The position numbers were made by a program, and so were the translations under genes. A DNA stretch of 48,803 bases from an uncultured Lentisphaeraceae bacterium (lineage in GTDB: Bacteria > Verrucomicrobiota > Kiritimatiellia > RFP12 > UBA1067), in contig CAYRZP010000001.1 of assembly GCA_964428885.1 (NCBI GenBank), positions 1-48,803 on the forward strand, written 5' to 3'. Shown here piece after piece: positions 43,737 to 48,803 of this stretch. The stretch's first letter is position 1, and each line of letters opens with the position of its first letter. The notes beneath the pieces were generated by a model. That model was not told the origin of the DNA. It ran no database searches and worked only from the letters and a program-made list of their open reading frames with translations.

Positions 43737-45467
43737 TCAGATCCGGCGGGGAGTGCGGATGCCCAGCAGCCCCAGACCTTCCGCGAGCGCTTGCGCGGTC
43801 ATGGCGCAAAGCCTGACGCGGCTGTCGCGCACGGCCGGCTCGGATTTGAGCACCGGCATGCGCTGGTAGAAACTGCTGTAGGTCTGCGAAAGCCCGAACA
43901 GGTAGTCGGCAAGGACGCTGGGCTTATAGGTCTCGGCCGCCCGCAGGACTGCTGCCGGGAACTGCAGCAGGCGCAACACCAGCTCTTTCTCGATATCGCT
44001 TTCCAGACGCAATGGGTTGGCGAGCGGGTCGCGGCCGGGCGCCTGTTCGGCGTATTTGTCGAGCAGGCTGCAAAGCCGCGCGTAGGCGTATTGCAGATAG
44101 GGGCCGGAGTTGCCGTCCAGCGCCAGCGCCTTCTCCCAGGTGAAAACGATCAGCGTCTGCGGGTCATGGCTGAGATCGGCGTATTTGATCGCCCCGATGC
44201 CGATCGCCCTGGCCAGCTCTTTCTGCTCGGCTTCCGGCATCTCGCTGTTCGACGCCTTGATGATCTCCAGCGCGCGGCGCTCCGCCTCGTCGAGCAGCGC
44301 CTCGAGCTTGATCACGTTGCCCTGGCGCGTCGAGAAGGTGCCTTCCGGCAGTCGCATCAGCCCGAACCAGACGTGCTCAAGGCGGGTCTGGTACCCCAGC
44401 TTGCCGCAAACCGCGAAGAACTGGCGGAAGTGCAACTGCTGGCGCTCGTCGGTGACATAGACGATGCGGTCCGGCGCGAACTCCTCGACCCGGCTGCGCA
44501 CCGTGGCGATGTCGGTGGCGGCGTAATTGAAGCCGCCGTCGCTTTTGCGCACGATACACACCGGCATGCCTTCCGCATCGAGCTTGACCACCAGCGCCCC
44601 CTCGCTCTCCACGGCCAGGCCCTGCTCTTGCAAGCGACTCACGGTTTCGGGCAGCATGTCGTTGTAGAAACTCTCGCCGCGCGTCAGGTCGAAACTGACG
44701 TCCAGCCGCGCGTAAACGCGGTTGAACTCCTCCATGCTGATGGCGATGAAACGCTCCCAAACTGCGCGGTTCTCGGCGTCGCCCCGCTGCAGCTTGACCA
44801 GCTCGGCCTTGCAGCGCTCTATCCACTCCGGATCTTCCTTGGATCGGTTATAACTCTGAACATAGGCGCGCTCGAGCAACTCGACGGTCAGCTCTTCACG
44901 CTCCTTCGCGCTGAGAAACTCGCGGTAGCCCTGGATCAGGATGCCGAACTGGGTGCCCCAGTCGCCCAGATGGTTGTCGGCGACCACGCGGTAGCCGAGG
45001 GCGCGGTAGATGCGGTCGAGCGCGTTGCCGATGACCGTGGAGCGTATGTGGCCGATGTGCATGGGCTTGGCCACGTTGGGGCTGGAGTAGTCGAGCACCA
45101 CGGTCCGGCCCGCGCCGACATCGGGAATGCCGAAACGCGGCGCAGCCGACAGCGCCGCCGCCTGCTCCGCCAGCCATTCGGGCCGAACGGTCAGGTTGAT
45201 GAACCCAGGCCCGGCGATCTCGGCCTTGGCCAGCATCGGCGGCAGGGCTGCGGCGGCCAACACCGCCTCGGCCACGGCCCGCGGCGGGCGCCGCAGCAGC
45301 TTGGCCGCCTGCATGGAGTCATTGCACTGGAAGTCGCCGAAGCGCGGGTCTGTCGCCGGCTGCACGCGGACGGCCGCCCAGTCCTGTCCGCCGCCGAAAG
45401 CCGCCTCGAACGCCTGCCGCAGCCATGCGGCCAGCATCTCCTCACACCTGTTCACCGTCTCATGCAT
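43737..45467 (-). CDS. argS: Arginine--tRNA ligase
   Basis: SPNVAKPMHIGHIRS (HIGH motif), an MSTR-like FSTRQGNV, and a C-terminal anticodon-binding domain. Confidence 0.95.
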   Translation of the reverse strand: MHETVNRCEEMLAAWLRQAFEAAFGGGQDWAAVRVQPATDPRFGDFQCNDSMQAAKLLRRPPRAVAEAVLAAAALPPMLAKAEIAGPGFINLTVRPEWLAEQAAALSAAPRFGIPDVGAGRTVVLDYSSPNVAKPMHIGHIRSTVIGNALDRIYRALGYRVVADNHLGDWGTQFGILIQGYREFLSAKEREELTVELLERAYVQSYNRSKEDPEWIERCKAELVKLQRGDAENRAVWERFIAISMEEFNRVYARLDVSFDLTRGESFYNDMLPETVSRLQEQGLAVESEGALVVKLDAEGMPVCIVRKSDGGFNYAATDIATVRSRVEEFAPDRIVYVTDERQQLHFRQFFAVCGKLGYQTRLEHVWFGLMRLPEGTFSTRQGNVIKLEALLDEAERRALEIIKASNSEMPEAEQKELARAIGIGAIKYADLSHDPQTLIVFTWEKALALDGNSGPYLQYAYARLCSLLDKYAEQAPGRDPLANPLRLESDIEKELVLRLLQFPAAVLRAAETYKPSVLADYLFGLSQTYSSFYQRMPVLKSEPAVRDSRVRLCAMTAQALAEGLGLLGIRTPRRI

Positions 45468-45565
45468 ATGCGCTTACCCTCTATCCACGGATCGCCTTTT
45501 TGAAAAGGGACAATCAGGATAGCGGCGCAAGGGCGTAACGTCACGCCCAAAAAACCTCTTTGACG

Positions 45566-45590
45566 GCGGACGGCTCGCCGAGCCGTCCGC
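45566..45590 (-). terminator. 11-bp GC hairpin downstream of the outer-membrane protein gene, with a T6 run 11 nt further on the minus strand
   Basis: GCGGACGGCTC-GCC-GAGCCGTCCGC. The T-run is not contiguous with the stem, hence the modest confidence. Confidence 0.4.
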
Positions 45591-45605
45591 GCCGCTTGGC
45601 AGACA

Positions 45606-46982
45606 TTAGAACCGCGCGATGACTTCCCAGCGCAGGAAGTAGGCCACGGTGTCAGATGTGTAGTAGTCGCCCGGGTCGAGCAATTCCGCCGTGACATGCC
45701 CGGTAAGGTCGCCGCGCTTGCCGAAGAGGTTCTTCAGCAGCGGGAAGTCGTAGCGGAACATGCCGAACCAGCCGTAGAGGTCGCCGTCGCCGCCGCCCAG
45801 GCCGTCCTCGACCGCCGCGTACATCGGCCCCGCGTTGGCGCTCACTTTGTGGCCGTTGGCGAAGCTTGAGCCGACGGTGATGTTCGGGTAGATCAGGTTC
45901 GACCAGTAGCACACGCCGCGGTCATGGTAAGGATACATCTCGCTGTACTGCGGCCAACGCGCCCAGAGCGGGTTCCAGGCCGTGTCGTTGTCGGCCGTGC
46001 CGCGGTTGCGGTCGCCGGAGAGATAGTAGCAGGCCACGGTGAAGAAAGGCTTACAGCGCTCGACCGCCGGCTTGTAAGTCAGGCCCGCGTATCCCATATA
46101 GCCTCTGGTGGCGTCCCCGCCGTCCTTCTCGCCGGCCTGCGCCGCGCCCTCGAATTCCGCCGAGAGGGTCTCCGTCAGTTTCGGCATCACGCGCGCGCCG
46201 AGGGTGTGCGTGTCGCGCCCGGGCAGGCGGGCCCCGCGGAAGCGGGATTTGGTCTCGCGCTTGAAGAGGTAGTACAGATCAAACGGGAACTCGCTGAACT
46301 CTTTCGACTTGAAATACAGCCCGCCGCCGTATTCCGCCATGTCGGTGGCGCCCGGCACGTTGTAGGTGAGCTGCTTTTCTTTAGGCGACGACCCGTCCGC
46401 GCCCTTGGGGTGTCCCCAGCTGAACTCGGTTTCGGGAAGGTTGTAGATCGCCAACAGGTCCAGCGTGTTCTTCTCATCGAATTTGACCGTGGCCTTGATG
46501 GCATCGAAGAAGGATGTGCGCGATCCGTCGCCGGAAGTGCCGTCCATGAGCACGCGTCCCGCCCCGTAGGTCGGCCCCTGCGGCCCGAGGAAATCCTGAC
46601 GGCCGATGCGCAGGTCGAGCCGGTCGCCGAACAGGCCGTAAAGATCGAGATAGAGGTTGTCGAGTAGCAGCTCGTCCGGGAACTGGCCGTTCCGGCTGGC
46701 GCTCGGGTTGAAATATTCCCGGAACTCGTCCGTCAGCCGCAGGTATAGCTTGAAGTCCTCGTTCTTGACCTCGCCCCAGGCGCGCGGGCGAATGCGCAGA
46801 TAACTCTGGTTGCCGGAAACGCCGCCGCCCGCCTGCGGCACGTTATCGTGCAGCTCGTGCCGCACGCGCAGGTCGGCTCCCGCATCCCACTCCAGCCCGT
46901 CTTTCTCAGCCTTCTCAGGCGCCTGAGCCCAAGCAGCCCCGGCCAAGCCGGCGCAAAACAGCGTCACTAACTCTTTTTTCAT
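45606..46982 (-). CDS. Outer-membrane beta-barrel protein (alginate-export/porin-like)
   Basis: Signal peptide (LFCAGLAGAAWA), alternating beta-strand pattern, aromatic-rich, terminal Phe (..VIARF). Confidence 0.6.
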   Translation of the reverse strand: MKKELVTLFCAGLAGAAWAQAPEKAEKDGLEWDAGADLRVRHELHDNVPQAGGGVSGNQSYLRIRPRAWGEVKNEDFKLYLRLTDEFREYFNPSASRNGQFPDELLLDNLYLDLYGLFGDRLDLRIGRQDFLGPQGPTYGAGRVLMDGTSGDGSRTSFFDAIKATVKFDEKNTLDLLAIYNLPETEFSWGHPKGADGSSPKEKQLTYNVPGATDMAEYGGGLYFKSKEFSEFPFDLYYLFKRETKSRFRGARLPGRDTHTLGARVMPKLTETLSAEFEGAAQAGEKDGGDATRGYMGYAGLTYKPAVERCKPFFTVACYYLSGDRNRGTADNDTAWNPLWARWPQYSEMYPYHDRGVCYWSNLIYPNITVGSSFANGHKVSANAGPMYAAVEDGLGGGDGDLYGWFGMFRYDFPLLKNLFGKRGDLTGHVTAELLDPGDYYTSDTVAYFLRWEVIARF

Positions 46983-47140
46983 GCAGCCCCTCTTGATTGG
47001 GTTGATGATTCCGCCAGAATGAAACGCACTCGCGTTTCTTCAAGTAAGAACATTTATACCCTATCCGCGCACATTCTGTCCAGTGTCTTTTTTTCAGGTT
47101 TGAAAATGCAAAGCCGTCCGGGTTTTGCTAAATTCTTGGA

Positions 47141-47794
47141 ATGACTGAAACGCTCATGTGGTTGTCCGCCGCCGCCGCCGCGTATCTGGCCGGTTCGCTG
47201 CCTTTCGGCTTCCTGCTGGCAAAAGCCCGCGGTAAAGACGTCCGCGCACTCGGCAGCGGCAACATCGGCGCCACGAACGTTTTCCGTTCGGTCAGCAAGC
47301 CGCTCGGCGTTCTCACTTTCGCCCTGGACGTGGCCAAGGGTTACTGCGGGGTCAGGCTGATCCCGCCGCTGGCGGCCTGGCTCTCCGGCGGCGACTGCGC
47401 GTCCATGGCCCTGCCGGTGTTCTGCGGCGTTATGACCGTGGTCGGCCACAACTGGACCTGCTTTCTCGGCTTCAAAGGCGGCAAGGGCATCGCCACAAGC
47501 GCGGGCATGCTGCTGGCCTTGGCGCCAGCGGGCGCTGGCATCGCCTTCGCCGTCTGGATTTTGGTTTTCTCGGCCGCGCGCTACGTGTCTGCCGCCTCCA
47601 TCGCGGCTGCCGCAACTCTCGGCGTTGCGGCCTGGCCGCTTTACTGCGCCCGGCACGGGGTTTGGTTTTCCGGCGTCCTGACGCTGCTGGCCGCGCTGGC
47701 GGTCTGGAAACACCGCCCTAACATCGCGCGCCTGCGCGCCGGTACGGAATCGCGCTTCAACTTCGGCAAAACCAAAGCGAAAGGAACCCCATGA
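47141..47794 (+). CDS. plsY: Glycerol-3-phosphate acyltransferase PlsY
   Basis: YL.GSLPFGFLLAK..G.D.R..GSGNIGATNV.R, then HNW..FLGFKGGKG. Confidence 0.9.
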   Translation: MTETLMWLSAAAAAYLAGSLPFGFLLAKARGKDVRALGSGNIGATNVFRSVSKPLGVLTFALDVAKGYCGVRLIPPLAAWLSGGDCASMALPVFCGVMTVVGHNWTCFLGFKGGKGIATSAGMLLALAPAGAGIAFAVWILVFSAARYVSAASIAAAATLGVAAWPLYCARHGVWFSGVLTLLAALAVWKHRPNIARLRAGTESRFNFGKTKAKGTP

Positions 47795-48780
47795 AAATCA
47801 CCGTCATCGGCGACGGCGGCTGGGGCACCGCCGCCGCGCTGCTGCTGAACTCTTACGGGCACAGTCTCACCGTCTGGGGCCCTTTCCCCGAATACCTGGC
47901 CGAGATCCGCGCCCGCCGTGAGAATCCGCGCTTCCTGCCCGGCATCCCGCTGCCCGCCAATCTGGCCTGGACGGACGACCCCGCCGAAGCGGCGGCCGGT
48001 GCCGAGGCGGTGATCCTCGCCGTGCCTTCCAAGTTCTTCGGCGACGTCTGCCGCAGGTTCGCAGGGCTGATTCCCGCCGGCGCCCTGACCGTCAGCCTCA
48101 CCAAGGGCTTGTGTGAGAACACCCACTGCCGCATGAGCGAGCTCGCGCGAGAGATCCTCGGCCTGGCGCAGGTCGCGGTGCTCTCGGGGCCGAGCCACGC
48201 GGAAGAGGTCGCCCGCGGCATCCCCACGGCCGTCGTGACCGCCGCCGCGGAAGAAGCGGTGGCGCTGCGCGTGCAAAGCCTTTTCAGCGGACCGCGTTTC
48301 CGCGCCTATACCTCCACCGACCCCTTGGGGGTGGAGATCGGCGGCGCGGTCAAGAACGTGATCGCCATCGCGGTCGGCGCCTCGGACGGGCTCGGGTTCG
48401 GCGACAACACCCGCGCCGCGCTGATCACGCGCGGCCTCGCGGAGGTCACCCGCTTCGGCGTGGCGCTCGGCGCCTGCCCGGAAACCTTCGCCGGCCTGAG
48501 CGGCGTCGGCGACCTGATCGTGACCTGCACCAGCCGCCACAGCCGCAACCACAACGTCGGCGAACGCCTGGGCCGCGGCGAGCAAATCCGCGAGATCCTC
48601 GGCAGCATGAGCATGGTGGCCGAAGGCGTCTGGAACGCCCGTGTGATCCACGCCCTCGGCCGCAAACACGGCGTGGAAATGCCCATCACCGACACGGTCC
48701 ACGCCCTCTGCTACCAGGACCTGCCCGCCCGCGAAGCGGTCGAGCGGCTGATGGGCCGCGACGCTAAACCAGAGAGCTAA
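47791..48780 (+). CDS. gpsA: NAD(P)H-dependent glycerol-3-phosphate dehydrogenase
   Basis: MKITVIGDGGWGTA, GPSHAEEV, GVEIGGAVKNVIAIA, GDLIVTCTS..SRN. An ATGA overlap joins it to plsY. Confidence 0.95.
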   Translation: MKITVIGDGGWGTAAALLLNSYGHSLTVWGPFPEYLAEIRARRENPRFLPGIPLPANLAWTDDPAEAAAGAEAVILAVPSKFFGDVCRRFAGLIPAGALTVSLTKGLCENTHCRMSELAREILGLAQVAVLSGPSHAEEVARGIPTAVVTAAAEEAVALRVQSLFSGPRFRAYTSTDPLGVEIGGAVKNVIAIAVGASDGLGFGDNTRAALITRGLAEVTRFGVALGACPETFAGLSGVGDLIVTCTSRHSRNHNVGERLGRGEQIREILGSMSMVAEGVWNARVIHALGRKHGVEMPITDTVHALCYQDLPAREAVERLMGRDAKPES

Positions 48781-48803
48781 GGGGATGCTTGCGCAAACAT
48801 TAG

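Noticed and set aside
43440-45503. 687-aa ORF on the + strand
   Set aside because: It is entirely antisense to the well-supported argS gene. Its composition is Arg/Ala/Gly/Pro-rich and low in complexity, with no recognisable motifs. This is a typical stop-codon-poor antisense frame of a GC3-rich gene.

Overview
This is a high-G+C bacterial chromosomal segment. Spot counts on single 60-nt lines give about 70-77% G+C in core genes. I resolve about 46 protein-coding genes, most of them housekeeping. They include dtd, der, pdxB, rnhC, lipA, rpmE, prfA, comF, coaX, nadC, nfnAB, dut, rpoZ, smpB, tatA, hydF, argS, plsY and gpsA.

The gene content points to an anaerobic Gram-negative organism, possibly of the PVC superphylum (Kiritimatiellota, Verrucomicrobiota or Lentisphaerota-like). 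The supporting genes are RNase HIII, a DUF1080 protein, HydF, NfnAB, a fused siroheme decarboxylase and a giant GH13+amylo-1,6-glucosidase. This taxonomic call is inference only.

I found no rRNA, tRNA, CRISPR array, transposase or integrase.

Two visibly lower-G+C islands (about 43-55% on spot-counted lines) carry defence genes:
- An AbiEi/AbiEii type IV toxin-antitoxin (abortive infection) pair at 2.4-3.9 kb, with a perfect palindrome in its promoter region.
- A type II restriction-modification cassette at 29.4-31.4 kb, made of an m5C methyltransferase and a PD-(D/E)xK-like partner. It sits exactly between nfnA and nfnB, which are normally adjacent.

The most unusual non-genic signal is a set of short, low-G+C, locus-private tandem or inverted repeats in several spacers. 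One of them lies in-frame inside a fused KS-CLF ketosynthase gene. In addition, a ~22-nt palindrome-containing element occurs twice in inverted orientation, bracketing the rnfE-like, comF and nucleotidyltransferase genes.

I cannot point to a clearly new multi-gene system. The strongest candidates for follow-up are the R-M insertion and its uncharacterised nuclease partner, the structured leader plus orphan RnfE-like gene, and the KS-CLF fusion.

Many long ORFs in the six-frame track are antisense artefacts of the high G+C content.
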